Part shown: one piece after another, positions 1-13,900 of the stretch
Numbering within the stretch: position 1 is the first letter of the stretch
Layout: each line of letters starts with the position of its first letter
DNA from: Cladosporium halotolerans
Lineage: Eukaryota
Reading direction: 5' to 3'
Assembly (NCBI RefSeq): GCF_011745625.1
Contig: NW_027191456.1
Location: 1-64,000, forward strand
Length of the DNA: 64,000 nucleotides
Notes under the pieces: model-generated
The model's database searches: none
What the model was told of the DNA's origin: nothing
What the model saw: only the letters and a program-made list of their open reading frames with translations
Translations under genes and position numbers: made by a program

Positions 1-454
1 GTCGGGGGGCGCGATGCCGGCGTTGGCGATTATGTGGTGGATGGAGCGGGAGGGGGAGGTCGTGGAGGCGAGGTGGAAGAGGGCGTGTTGGGAGGGGTAG
101 GAGGTTACGTCGGTGGGGAGGAAGGTGGTGCTGTTTCGTTGCGTTGGGGGTTAGGGTCGGTTGGAATGGGGGAGGGAGGGAGGGGGCAGGCAAGGCGTAC
201 CCGGGGAGTTGGCGCGCGAGTGCTTCGCCGTCGGGAATGTTGGTGTCGCCGAAGTAGACGTGCATGCTGATGGTCGTTAGCTGGTGTTCGGGGTTTGAAG
301 GGACCAGGATTGTTCCTCACCCGGCAGCGTGTAGGGCTTGGACGTAGGCTTTTCCTAGGCCGTTCGCTCCTCCGGTGACAATGGCTGTTTTTCCGGCTAC
401 ATTGCTGGTGTTGATGGGCGCGTTGAAGTCGACCTTTTGAGAAACGTAAGGCAT
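1..454 (-). CDS. Short-chain dehydrogenase/reductase, 5' part (runs off the window start)
   Basis: Manual splice from ATG 454: MPYVSQKVDFNAPINTSNVAGKTAIVTGGANGLGKAYVQALHAAG / MHVYFGDTNIPDGEALARQLPG / TTFLPTDVTSYPSQHALF...IIANAGI. TGxxxGxG, DVT and NAG SDR motifs; two short GT-AG introns with ctaac branch points. Confidence 0.85.
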
Positions 455-1157
455 GGTGGTAGATGGTTATCGACGATGTCTTCCAAGGGGAGAAAGGTGT
501 CTTGAGAATGGTGTCCGGAGGATGAGTGCCATTCTGGAAGGGAGGAGATGAGGTTGTATTCGGAACTATATATTGCTTCCGTTCGAAGGTGAACGAGTTC
601 AAAGCATGCGGTCCCAGGTCACGTCGTGCGAGCTCGAGGAGTGCGGCGGTCGCTCGAACAAACGCGGCCGCGCGGGGGCGGATGATGGCGAGCGGAGCCG
701 CGCAGATCTGTCTTTGTGGGCCGGTGATGCGGCCATCGTGCGATACCCAGCCGTTCCGCACTAATTTCACCAATGCTAGCGATTCTCCATATCCCTATTA
801 CGGTGGGAAGTGTGTACCTGATGTTGGGATGGAACGTCGCCTCCTATGCCATCTTGCAGCTCACCATCTGCGGCTGTCAAGCCGACGGAGAGGGCACGAA
901 CGCTGGACACCCCAGAGAAGCATGTACAATGGATACGAGGAATGATCTCGGGCAAAAAAAAACTTCACAGTCGACCTTAGATCATTTCGCGTGTCTCTGA
1001 CGAACCCCGGTACGTGGCACGACTAGCATCAGTCGCCTCCGATTGTTTGCTTCGATCGATCTATATCTGTACAATCTAATGTCTATTTGTATTGACAAGT
1101 CTGGGAACTGTCTAAAGTTGCCTCTTGAAAGTGATCCGCTCGCGAAGGCTGATCTGC

Positions 1158-2374
1158 TCAGTCAAAAGCGATCACCGCCTTAGTAATCTCGTGCCTTTCG
1201 AATCGTCTGTAAGCTTCCGGCGCATCTTCAATGCTGATCACGTCGGAAACAATGAATCCAGGACTTGCCACACCCGAGGCGACCAAAGCAACCAACTCTG
1301 GCGCGAGTCCAATGGGGTCGGATGGACCAGCTTGCCACTTGAATTGCCCGAAGAAGAAAGATGCCAGCGACAGTTCGAGTGTGTCGTCCATCGTCGAGGC
1401 TCGTGGAGCCACTTCACTGTCCGAGGCAGGCATGTTGTATACACCAACAGTACCCATACCGCCGCCCGTCGATGTGACTGCTAGCATGTTGCGAGTGATG
1501 ACATCGGACTGGACGGTGAGATTCCGGTTGACTTGTTCGTAGCCAACGGCATCGATACTTCTCGTCACACCGTTGGGCTCAAGAGCCATGATTTGTTCCA
1601 CAGGGTCGGCCTCGCGGAAGTTGATAGGTGTGGCACCTTGCTCTTGTGCGATCGAAAGGCGCTCTGGCACGTAGTCGACACTGTAAATCCGGGAGGCGCC
1701 GCGGATTCTAGCCGCGTGAAGGGCCATCAAGCCGACTGGCCCAGCACCGAAGATAGCTACGGTATCGCCTGCCTTGAAGCCCGCATAGTCGAGTGCTTCC
1801 CATCCCGTTGCGAAGATGTCGGAAACCATAACGTAGTCGTTTGCCTGAGACTCGGTCATGTTGCCGCCCTGAGTGGCAGGAATCGGGATCAGTCCGTCGT
1901 CGGCGAAAGGGATACGGATGAACTCGGCTGGTGATACCGTCAACTTCTTCCCCATTGCTCGACAACTTCAAGATATGTGGACTGACCTTGTGTGCCACCC
2001 ATACCACCGCCATTGCCATAGCCACCGTACATTTGAGTCGTCAAGTCCGTGTGGAGGTGTCCCTCAGCGGTGGCAAAAGGTATGATGACAGGATCGCCAA
2101 CACTCAAGCTTCCTACACCTTCGCCAACTTCAGACACATATCCAATGCCCTCATGCCCAAGGACCCATGGAGCAGGGGGGCCAGGGTTTGTGCCGCGGTA
2201 GATATGCAGGTCCGAACCACAAATTGCAGCTCGGGAGAGCTTGACGATGGCATCCGTGGCATTGATGAGTGTCGGACGAGGGACATCCGCAACGGTAACG
2301 TTGTAAGCGTTTCCTTCCCAGAGAACCGCACGCATAGTTGCATTGACTGCGGCGGTGATATTGGCGAGAGCCAT
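1158..2374 (-). CDS. Zn-dependent MDR alcohol/formaldehyde dehydrogenase-like protein, 2 exons
   Basis: AAICGSDLH, LGHEGIG, SDIFATG and GAGPVG motifs; intron 1986-1928 (gtcagt...accag) joins ORFs 1940-2374 and 1158-1955. Confidence 0.9.
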
Positions 2375-2870
2375 GTTTGGAAAAAGAAGTGGGTGATGTC
2401 TCGCGACAAAAAATGAATGAGCTGAAAATGCATAGTTGCTTCAACGGGCATGCTCTTTATATGCCTAACGACGAGAACAAGGGGCAAAGACCACCTTGTC
2501 CTGCAGCGATCACATCACGTCGTGAGTGACGATTCTCATCCATTAAGGCTGGATGGCACGCGCGGCCTTTGGTTGCTTCGCTCTTGTCATGATGTCGGAG
2601 GCGGAGATAAGACCTTCCACCCCATCGCTTTTGCAAGCACCATGTTCTTGGCCGGTTAGGGTGCACTCTAGATGGTCTCGGAGGAGAGCTTGGTGAGGTA
2701 GAAGCAGCCGAGTCGAGGCGCGGTGGTGGGCCACTGCTGCCGCGCGCTCGCCAAGATCTCCACCGCCGCGTGCCGGCAGAAAGCGGCCGCGTTTCTTCTT
2801 TTCGACCGCACGCTGACCGCAATCTCCTCAAGCAGGACCAGCACTCGGATCGGCAAACAAGCGACGGACA

Positions 2871-4709
2871 ATGGCGTCAAGCGAGGACGGACGTGCAGAG
2901 CTATCATGCATCCAATGCAAGAAGCTCAAACGGCGATGCTCCAAGGACTTGCCCGCTTGTCTTCTATGCTCCAGGGTACGGCGGCGATGTGAATATCCAA
3001 AGCCTTCATCGACACCAACAAGACCGAATCTGTCATCGGGTTTCGAATCTCCTGGTGTTCAATCCCGCGTGAGAACACCAATATCTCTCTCGTCTCGATC
3101 CGATGCCCTGTCAGCTCCAAATCCGCAAATATCGTCTAGTCTCGCAGGCTGCTTCGTCGACTCCGTCGCCTCGAGAGGCAAAGATGCGGCAATACCAGTT
3201 GATCTGCTATGGCAAGATATATGTCCTGGGGCTGTACCTTTTACTCATGTGGAAGCAAGACATGTCGTGGAGGAATACTATAAGTCCACGCACACATGGC
3301 TTCCTATCAGTGAGACTTACATGGCCCCCTATCTAAATTCATACCTGACGGTGTCTCTCAGTTTCAAAGCTTAGGGTCGACAGAATCATTGACGAAGATG
3401 ACTTAGCATCAGCGGATATCCAGATCCTTCTGCATGCAATGGAGCTCGACCACAGTAGTCAGCACCATGCACGCCCGAAACCGCGCATTTCCCAACAAAA
3501 GCTCGTCAAATACACGCTATTCGACCTGGAACAAGCCGCCCAATTCTCAACTAATTTTCTAGCCGCGAGTGTATTGCTAGCCTTACACGAAGTCGGGCAC
3601 GGTCTGTTTCCTGCAGCATATTTTACGGTCGCTAACGTAGCGCGCATTTGTCTGGCATTGGGCATTCACGACCGCACAAAAGCCACTCAAATCCTGCCAC
3701 GGCCATGTAAGTATCTGTCTGAATCTTCCGAAACTACTGGAGCTAATTGCTCATTGCGATGTAGTCACCTGGACCGAGACTGAAGAGCGAAGACGGCTTT
3801 GGTGGGCAGTCCTCATTCTTGATCGGTATGTTCACGTGGGCCTTCGATTCAGACCTCTGTGTACTCCTAGGCTGGAGCCTTCAGAAATCTTGCCAGCCCG
3901 TGATGGAGCTTGGGACAATGGTGTAAGTGGCTGGATCAAGCATGCATAGTTGACATCGCTGACAGTCACAGCAGGACTTAACGGTAAACCCTTTGCTTGT
4001 AATGAGTATTGAGGCATCAACATCCGTAGATCCATTCGCTCGGACGTGTCAAGCGGCTCATTTGCTTGGCTGGGTATGCGAGCATGTCAACCAAAACCCA
4101 TCCTCGGAGGACGCAGATCTGCATTTTCAGGAAGCTTTCACAATATCAAACGCCCTCCGAGCTTTGATCACGATGTTGTCAGCAGAAAGCGATCAGAGAC
4201 CTCGAACCCAAAGGCACCAGTTGTTTGCCGCTCGAGGTTTGGCGTACGCGGCTCTCAACACCCTCTACGACGTGCATTCGTGTATCGAGCCGGACAATAT
4301 TGAAACCATCGGGGGTAACCGTGGTCTTCGGCTTGACTTGCAGCAATCAGCCATTGAAGGATTCAAGCAGGTGATAGGGGAGATCTCTGAGCTTGCCTCC
4401 GAGATTGAGGAGTACTACGAACGTGAGGAGAGGAGGCTGGTGCCAATCATGGCGCTTTTCTGCCTCTACTCTGCCGCGGGTACGTACGGATGGTATTTCA
4501 GAGAGAATACCGATCCCAAATACTCGGTGGGGTTCGAAAACTTGCGCCGCGTCTTAGGTCGCTCCAAATGGAGGGTTGCTGGTAAGCCGCCCAAGATTCT
4601 CTCCGAGACTGCCCCGGTCAGTCTGATTGGAAGCCAATGCTGACATTGTCTAGGTATTTACATCGAGCTCCTAGATGGACAAGAGTCTTGCTATACGTGC
4701 GTCCATTGA
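2871..4709 (+). CDS. Zn2Cys6 fungal transcription factor, multi-exon
   Basis: CIQCKKLKRRCSKDLPACLLCSRVRRRC zinc cluster; middle homology region (EVGHGLFPAAY, EERRRLWWAVLILDR); introns near 3310-3362, 3707-3763, 3922-3973, 4582-4653; TGA 4707-4709. Exon limits approximate. Confidence 0.88.
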
Positions 4710-6261
4710 GCGAGTACGATATCTGTAGGGAGTTCCTTTAACGGCTGGTGCCTCTCGCTCACCAGTGATGTCTCATCTCAACACTCGCTCGGCTAATAGA
4801 ACTCACCTGGATTGCTCTGGATACGGGACGACGCACGCTACACACGTTTCTTGGCATTCAAACCTTGCTGATGCATAAAGTGCCGTGTCTGGTCTGGATC
4901 GACAAAGCCTCCCTTCAAAAGGCTGCATAGATTTCAACTCCCAGTAGCCGATGGCTGGGAGATCAAGGGGCGATAACCGCAGTCGGATGAGTACACTCTG
5001 GCCTTTACCGCTTCACTAGGCTCACTAAGCTTCACGCGATGGTCGTCTCTAATTGGGCGCTTTTAAAGTGACGGGATCAATCTGGCACTGATCAGCACGA
5101 GCATGCAAAATGCAGGGACGGAGCCGGCTCCCGTGGATCATGAGCTCCCGAGAATCCGCACAGCCAGCCCAACCTTCGCCTGAACTTGCCGCTCCTTAGC
5201 GCCGAGCCAATGCTAACTTCATCATCGCTACCGACAGCGTGGAAGCGCCTTCCTAGTTGCAGAGCCGGCTTGGATTTCGACCGGCTTTTTGCACTCTGCA
5301 AGATTACGACTGCGTCGCGGATGGCAGTCATCGAATCCTATTCGCGCAGCGTCCCAGACCCGCGAGGCCGCAACCAAAACTTAATTGTGAACCGCATATT
5401 GTTGTGCATGCATTGGCCCCGGAAGTCGGCAATCTACGTCTCTGCACCCGGCACTCATCACAGAACTTCACAGGCGAATGCACCGCTTCTCAATGGACTT
5501 TCGAGATGACAACAGCCCTCGCAAACATTGATCACGGATTTCATCACGGGAAAGATCCATAAGCATGCGACAAAGTAAGGGCATCAAAAATGCCTTGGGC
5601 GTCGACCAACGCGAAAGCTGAGCTCGCAAGCTGAGTCGCCAGGGCTTCGTAAAGTGCTAGCAACATGCATGGTGTGAGCCGTTTCCCCGGTCTCCCCGGT
5701 CTTTCTAAGTTCGGTAGTTCACTCGCACATCCTTCAAACGCCTTCTTAGGATCGCTTCCTCTCCCGAATTTTCCCCGCATCGAGGCTATCGACTACCGAA
5801 TCCCTCGCAGATCAAAAGCCGTTCGCTCACTCGATGGAGACAATGCACTGCCATGCATGGGCATGCGTGCAGTTCACTCCACTGTCCGGGGAACGCATGC
5901 CGCTGTCAAGGAGCGCCATGCTGTGCCGCTACGTTAGCTTGGGCCGATTCGTTACGACAGTGTGTCAGCACGGACACGGAGCCATCCCCGCTCCACCCGT
6001 GGAGTCTCTGGTGCCATGCTACGCCGTTCCCACGTCGCTGGTATCTTGGTCGTCCCTCGTATTTAGACGGATGTATCCGCGGCCCAGGGCTACACCTTCG
6101 CTTTGAAATCCCTTGACAGGCCTTGCGTCCGCAAAGATACCGGGCTACATACCTTATTCACATGCACTTCTTCTTGGAGGCCAGCCCCAGTCAAGCTTTG
6201 AGCTGCAGAGGGCTCTTATGGCCTCTGCACCTTAGACCCTGAGCTACTCGCCCGATTCACC

Positions 6262-8393
6262 ATGCCCGCTTCCGAATCATCCACACACAAAGAAGGTCCG
6301 ACGAAACCAGGCGCAGTCAGACAGTCTCTATCCTGTGTTTCGTGCCGACGGCGCAAAGTGAAGGTCGGCATACGTGTGTCTATTAGATTGCCTAAGGGAA
6401 GACGTCACTGACTCATAGGAACGATCAGTGTGATCGAACAAAGCCATGTTCAGCATGCTGCGCTCGCGGAAACCCCAACGGCTGTCACTTCGTTGTGGTG
6501 GATGGGGGTGACTTCACCTTCGTGCAGCAGTCTTACGAGATTCGTGAGCTCCGCCGCGAGAACAAAAGGCTGAAGGAGCAACTTCGCGAGGAACAAGAAA
6601 ATAACAGCGGTCACTCCGATGATGCCTTTGAGCCAGGGGTGAGCCGAATTTCCCGCGCGGAAGCTTCAAGAAAGCGTCGTTTACTGGCAGGGTCGACGAC
6701 GACGAACATACCTGGGCCATCGACCACCCTTGCCGAAGTTTGTCGCCCAATGCAATAGTCCCAAAGCGCGGGATTCGGAAGCACTGACGGTCAATGCAGG
6801 CGTTCAGAACACAGTTCACCAATCTACCACCTGCCGAAGTCGCCATTCACGGTCTGGCGCAAACAACTGGATATCCATTCCCATGCTTGCGGATTGGCGA
6901 AAATACTACTGCAGCCCTTACTGGTCTACTACCCTCCCGCGACGAAGTGCTGCGGGAATTCGAGGAATTCCGCAAGATAGCCCAAAGCCTGACCGTCCAG
7001 CAGACCCCGGACACGACAAGAAAGACGCACGCTGAATGCTTCCTGAACAACGTTGAAGAAAATGCCACGAGATCGCCAGATACGCTTGCGATGACGTTCG
7101 CAGTTCTAGCATTCGTCAGAAATGTCAGGACAAAGAAAGGGAGGCAGCCCCTCAGCAGAGAAGATTCACAAGCTTCATTCATGCAAAGCGAGTGTTACAG
7201 TAAGCATGCTAGAATATAGATTCGCCGGCCAAGGCTGACAGACCCTTTCCAGTCGCGGCTAGTATGCAGGCTCTGCGGAATGCTTCTTTCCTCAACGAGC
7301 CGAGCCTCACATGCGTCAGAGCGCTCCTCGTAATCGGCTTATACCTGACCAAGCATGCAAGATTCCAGGACGCTTGGTCGCTGTTTGGTCTCACCGTACG
7401 GCTTGCGCAGACGATCGGGCTCCATCGTGACCCCGATACGCTAGATCCACCCGTTTCGTGTCACGAGCGTGCAGTGCGACGAAGTACTTGGTGGTTCACC
7501 ATTTACTCGGACCAGTATCTATCGACCATGCTCTGCAGGCCAATATGCATCTCCAGCATTGGCGACTGCCCGCCTGAGAAACCCTCCACGATCAACACGA
7601 TCGAAGTGAGGCTGTCCGACATCGTACATGAGTTCACGATCGTCTCAAGAAGAATTCTGAGCAGTGAAGGATCCACCAGTCCCTCTAAACTCCGAGCTTT
7701 CACGAGTGAATTGTTAGCACTGTGGAAGACGATGCCGGAAGCGTTGCAATTTGACGAGCGCTGGCTCCGCTCAGAAGAGACATTGCCAGAATGGCCTCTC
7801 GACACCGTAGCCGCGAGTAAGTGATGGCTCTTGATCGTAGTTGACTCACTGTCGAGACGAGGGCTGACATCAAAACAGAGGTTTTCGCAGATGTACAGTT
7901 CTTAATCGTCCTACTCAACACCCAGGCTAGCGGTACCACCGCCTCAAGAGGCTCAGTCTCCCCAACAAATGGTACAGCTCTTCCCAATTTACCCAGTAGC
8001 GCGTCAACGGATCCGCATTCGCCAATAGGCCAAGATCTCAACCGTCCATTCGCAATCAATGGCTCAATCCATGTCCTGCGCGCCTTCCTCTATCTCTCTC
8101 ACCGCCAATCGACAGAAGTCGTCTGCCACCTCTGCGATTCTCAAGCCCTGCACGCGGCAACGGTCCTCCTCGATGACGCTTGGGAGACTGGTGACGAAAG
8201 CAACCTACGTCTGGTTGAAAATGTGCGGCTCGTATTTGTCGAAATGCAACTGGAAGATGGCAGTCTGAGGTTGCTTCCTAACCTTGCGGTTGAGCGAATC
8301 TCGAAAGGACTGGCCAGGCTTGCGAACCGAAGAGAAGAAAGAGAGCGGACAAATTTGAGGAATCAGTGTCAGGAGTGGATTGTCATGAGATAA
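6262..8393 (+). CDS. Zn2Cys6 transcription factor with fungal-specific TF domain, multi-exon
   Basis: ATG 6262; SCVSCRRRKVK / CDRTKPCSACCARGNPNGC across an intron; coiled coil (ELRRENKRLKEQL); AWSLFGLTVRLAQTIGLHRDP...RRSTWW motif in 7264-7824; last exon open to TAA 8391-8393 (3' end uncertain). Confidence 0.85.
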
Positions 8394-10950
8394 TGAATCA
8401 TTGTCATCCGCTGCTTGGAGGACAAGACAGACGCCTATATGACGGCAAAGGAATTCAGAGGAAGGCTTCTTAGACAATTTTGCTTATGACTATGATACAC
8501 ACGATAGCATGGTACTTTTACATACATGGTATAACGATACAACACGATCACAACACCACATACCCTTCGTCCGATCCCGAGCTTCGTTTGTGGGGACAGA
8601 GCGACCCACCAACGTGCCACCACGATCACTGCACTTGTGCTCACCCCGTAACAGTCCTGTAGAGCCGAGGAATTCCCAGGGATGACAATTCAGTGCCGAG
8701 AAGCAAGTCAGCCATTTAGCAGTAGGCCCGTGAGGGCCGCTGGAGTAGTTCGATTAGCGCTGCTGAGCCCTATGACACCAAAATCATCGGATCCCGTCAG
8801 TCGGTAAGTTGGACAAACGTGATTACAAACAACAAATATTTGACAATAATCACTTGAACAAGGCCAACCTGTGGATCAAAGTCTTCTGGCATGTTACTCG
8901 GTGACGCCAAAGTCCCGGTAGCCCTCAAAAAAATCAAGTCCTACAAGAAATGCCTCTTGATCGATGATCCTGGCAAGCCGTGATGTGCCACCCTGGATGA
9001 GCATTCTTTTCCCGGGAAATTCAACCTCACTTCCGTGATTTCACCGTGATGAGCTGACGCTTGCTTAGATTGCACTTGGTGGGGTCCCCTTGCGAGATTC
9101 CTCGATCAGGCACCCTTTGCTCAATTCAATATATGCCAAATGAAAATTTGTGGGGATCCATCCCCTTCTGAATCGAAGGTCGTTTGCAAGAGTGGCATGT
9201 TTCTCTATTGGTACCGAATTGATTTTACTCACAGCCTCAAGTAATGAATTCAATAAGGCGGACCACAATCTACGACACTAGCAAGTCGCGTCTCAACGCG
9301 ATGTTCCTCCATCACAGTGTGGGCGATTTGTTGACCGTGTCTTGATCGGCATGCGTGGTTACGGCACGTATTCCCTCAATAAGAATCGTCAGATGATTGC
9401 ACGTATACAACACCGCAGATATAGGGTGGTCGAAGCTCCAGCGTTATCAGGAGAAATCAATGAAGGCGAGCTTAAAACGCCACTTCATGCAACCCCTACC
9501 GAATGCGTATTTGGGGTTCTTTACGAAGTCAAATCAACCACCGCGGCTAAAAGCTGTTCAACATCTTACTTTGTGGCAATGAACGTTGATAAAAATCAAT
9601 TGGAACCCAATGAATACCCGAAGATATTGAAATTGAGAAAAAGAGCTGACGGAAAACCATGCAAGGTTACGACGAATCCGACGATCCACTAGTTTCTCAC
9701 CATTTCACGATGGTGTGCCGCCGAGTTCCAAGTCATGTAGGCATGATGAGAAGTGATGACTTGCACAGTACCGTGGACAGAACTGTGCGGTCTGCAACTC
9801 CTCACAGCGCAGCGTTTACACAATGTCTTGGGACGAGACATGGCGCGGATGCGTTGCCCATCCCTAAGGGAACTTGAGAGCAAGATCGAGCTGTCGGAAC
9901 AACAGATCTCCCGCAAAATCCCAGATCTTCAACCTCGCAGTCACCATCGACGTCCATCCACAGACTCTTCATTGTGACAACCCTTCCGCCAAGCCTGCTG
10001 CCCGCGGCTCGCGGTCTTCGGTCCACTACTTGCACCGGCTCGCCAAGTCAGAGCAGTGACCGGGTTTCTGACTCGAATCGCCATGGTGAAGGAATATGTC
10101 TAAGGCACCTAGCTGGCAACTAGCCCATTGTCGCTCCCGGCCCGACCAGCCGTCGTGACCGCCGCATCTAGCCTTCTTATTCGGTCCGGAGCCAACCCCG
10201 ATAACGATCTGGACGCCGTCTCGACTACACATGCACACCAAAGTGATGTGTTGCGCGAGGCACTTAGTTAACATTGTCACAGTGGACCGACTTGTAGCCA
10301 AGATCACAGGTCGACGCGAAGGATTGTGATGCCAATCCTGCTGCGAGCCGACCAAACATCTGCTCCGGGATCAATCAATCCGCGGAGCCATCCCCAGCAT
10401 ACACACACCCATGGCGACCAACCAATCGATCAATCGATCGATCAATCCCAATAAACATCAACAAATTACAATGACCACACAATTGCTTGACTGAAGGTCC
10501 CCATACCATCTCAGCTCACCCTCCGCCAATTCACAAACAGACATCAAAGAATCACAGATCACCAAGAACCTGCATCGCGACGGGACACGACTCTACCGTG
10601 CGGACGATATAACGCGTTCTCCGGTCCCCCTCACGCCAACGCAACAGTCTGCCACCGCGCGCATAACCCAACCACACATCCTTGCGCACCATCAGAGCCC
10701 ACGGCCTCTCGTGTGCCGTCTCGCTCCATGTGGCGAACGACTGAGGGGGCGAGCTAGCAATAGAGAGAAAAGAGACTTTCTAGGCGAAACGACCGAGCGA
10801 ACAAACGAAGGAGAACGACATCAGTCAGTGATTATGTAGGGGTTTCAGATTCTCATTACATACTCATTACATGCAACATCGGCTCCAGAAGAGCCCGCCC
10901 ATCTTCCTCCCATTCCAAAAGTCCCGCCGCGCCCATCACAAACACCTAAT

Positions 10951-13900
10951 CTACCTCCCCTCCCCCTCCCCCTCAACAGCACCCAACCTCACCACCCCCA
11001 ACGCGCCCGCGACAGCATCCACTCCATTTTCCCCACCACCCCCCTCTCCCTTCCTCGCCTCCAAAACCCTCAACGTAGCCCTCAACTCCCGCTCCACGTC
11101 CGCCAGCCCCGCCGGCGGCAGCACGGCGGCACTCTGCTGCTGCTGCGCGAGTTTCTTCCGATACGAGCGCAGCGAGCGCGCGATCGACTCCGTCGCGCCC
11201 GCGAGCGAAGCCGGGCCCGAGCCGACGCTGACAGTCGCCGTGGGCGAGCGCTCGGCCGCTTTGTTGGAGCCGGGGGGCGCAGCGAGAGCGAGGCTGTCTG
11301 TGCTGCGGCCGGTGGGGCCGCGGAGGGTTGTGGCGAGGGAGGTGCGGCGTTTGCTTGACGCTGCTGTTGTTGTGGCTGTTTGGGCGCGGTCGCGGGGTCT
11401 GCTGCTGTTGGAGGAGGGGTTTCGTGGACTAGGCGGGGAGGGGGAGCGGTTGCGGAGCGGGGAGTCGGGGGGGAAGACGGAGAGGAAGGCGGGTTCGAGG
11501 CGTGGGGTTGTGGCGATGCGGGAGGGCTTTTTGCGGAGGCGTTGGGGGGATTTTGGGGGGACGGCGGCGGTTGATGTGCTGGTGGGAGAACTGGGTTCTG
11601 CGTCGGAAGGCGTGGGCTGCTTGAGGCGTCTGTGGTGGCGGGAGAGGTCTGAGTGGGAGAGGATTTTGCGGAGAGGGGGGTTGAGGTTGAGGAGGGAGGT
11701 GTCGTTTGACGAGTTGGTGGTGGAGGGGGTTTCGAGGACGATGCCGAGGCCGCCGCCGTTGGGGTCTGAGGTTGGGTTTGGGGAGGCGAGGACTGTGTCC
11801 CAAATGAAGATTGTGGAGTCGGCGGCGACGGTGACGAGGCGGGAGGTGGGGGAGTGCTCGTCGGGAGGCAACAGGGCGACGTCGGTGATGCCTTCCGTGT
11901 GGCCCCAGTCTCTGGCGATGAGGGAGCCAGTTTCCGTGTAGAGTCGCACTGATTTATCCGAACTTGCTACGCCGGCGATGGCAGGATTGCCGTTCAGCGA
12001 GGGCGCGTATAAGACTTTTGAGATTACGGCGGCCTCTCCTCCTTCCGCATCCGAGCACTTGAAGCTTGACGCGCATTGTCCGTTTTTGATCTTATACCTG
12101 CCAATGCAGCGATCGACGGTCGCGATCAAGAGTTCGCCTTCTCCAGCAAGACACATCGAGGTTGGAGACGTCTTGACAGTGATAGCTCGCAGCATGACAA
12201 AAGCCAACGATTCCACAATGCCTTGCTCGCGAAACATGACCTCGCGAACGACGATCGACCTGTCGGCTGAGTGAGTGATCAACCGCCGCTCCACATCATC
12301 GTAGAGAACACCAGTAACCGCGCCTGCGTGCTCATCCATGGTCTGAACTAGCGAAAGCTGTTCATCCTTCCACATGAACAGCTGAGACATGCGATCTCGG
12401 CCGGCTGTAGCGAGGAAATCTACTCCGTCGATCTGAAAAGCGCAGAGATCCATAATCTCTGCAGAGTGAGCTCGCACTTGGGTGACTATAGATTTCGTCT
12501 TGACATCCGCGACAGAAAGTACGCCATACTTGTCTCCGGAAGCGATGAGAGCGCCACTAAAGAATGGTGCGACACTCTTAAGCTCATTGCAGGCGCTTTG
12601 CGCGGATGGCGCAGGTGGAACGGGGATGTTGAGAAATGCATCCAGTCCGCCGGAAGCGTCCCAAAACTGAACCAGGCCGTTTGCTGAGAAAGTCAGAAAG
12701 CGTGCTGATGGCAGCGCATCTGAACGGAAGAGCGTGACGCCTTGCACGGCTTCCTTATGAGCGGCGAGTTGTGTGAACGATTGATCGTCGGCGTTTCGTA
12801 ACGTAAGCACACGCTCTGAATCCAGTTCGACGGTAACCGGGCCAAGCGCAGCTGTCGCGACAGTCGAAGACGCGCCGGTTGATCCGGATCTTGCTGGCAG
12901 GACTGTTTGGCGTCGTGACCGACTCGGCGGTCTCTCTGGCTGGGAGTATTCTGAGGGTTGCAACGTCTTGACGCAGCCTTCACTTCCTAGCACCTGCACC
13001 ACCCCATTGTCGTCGACACGTGCGGCACTTACTGAGAAATTGGCGTTCGCGACCAATGTCAAGGATTGCACTTTATCCCTGTCGTTTAATGTACAAATCT
13101 CCCCGCTGTCCGCACAAACGATCGCTTCACTGTCGGATACGGGCACTACCGCGACGAAGTTGCACTCAAGCAGGTCGTTCAACAAAGTGTTCTTTCCCGC
13201 AAGGGTCTTGTGCCTCGGAGTGAGAATGCTGTTCCCGTAGTCGGATGCCCGTGTATCGGTGCGCTGTTTCGGTGCCAGAAAGGACGGATTCGAGACCATC
13301 TCTGGGCTTCGCAAATCCAAGTTGGCATCATCGTCCGGCCGCCAGACTTTGATAAATCGCAAGCCGGCCGTGACAAGAGCGTCGCCGACCCAGGCAATGA
13401 CATTGGTCACTGTAGTCAATTTATTGCTGGCGTGCAGACCAGGTGCACCGGACTTTTCGTCGATGCTCCAGATGTACAGGAAACCATCATTGACGGTCCC
13501 CAGCGAGGCCAGGAACCTCGAATCCGGACTGAACCGCAGAGCGTGCACGCCAAAGCTGTGCTCGGAAATCGTCGCAACCGGACTATCTGACGAGTCGTCT
13601 GCTAACGAAAATATCGCAATCCGAGGCTTGTATCCGGTCTCTCCCAGCGCCAGCCACTTCCCATTGGGACTCAAAGCCACGGAGGTCGCAGCCTTCACGC
13701 GATCCTTAGCGGTCGTCGACCTGCCTGAGGGAGAGTCGGACCAGTCGCGGCCAGCAGAAGCCAGCGGCGAGCCGCCGACGCTCTGCTCCCTCACAAACCC
13801 CAAAGCGCGATGTCTCGGGTCGCTTGGGGTGGGCGTCGCGCCTCCGTCTCTTGCAATGCCGGGCGGGGTGGGTCTGGCGCGGTAGAAGCGCTGCTTTGTG

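Noticed and set aside
773..1000. 75-aa hydrophobic ORF between SDR and dehydrogenase
   Set aside because: No recognisable family or splice support; could be a membrane-protein fragment but not supportable.
4800..6200. Several 80-110-aa ORFs between the two TFs
   Set aside because: No motifs or codon bias; consistent with intergenic sequence.
10871..11941. 356-aa Arg/Gly-rich plus-strand ORF
   Set aside because: Antisense to the low-complexity C-terminus of the WD40 gene.
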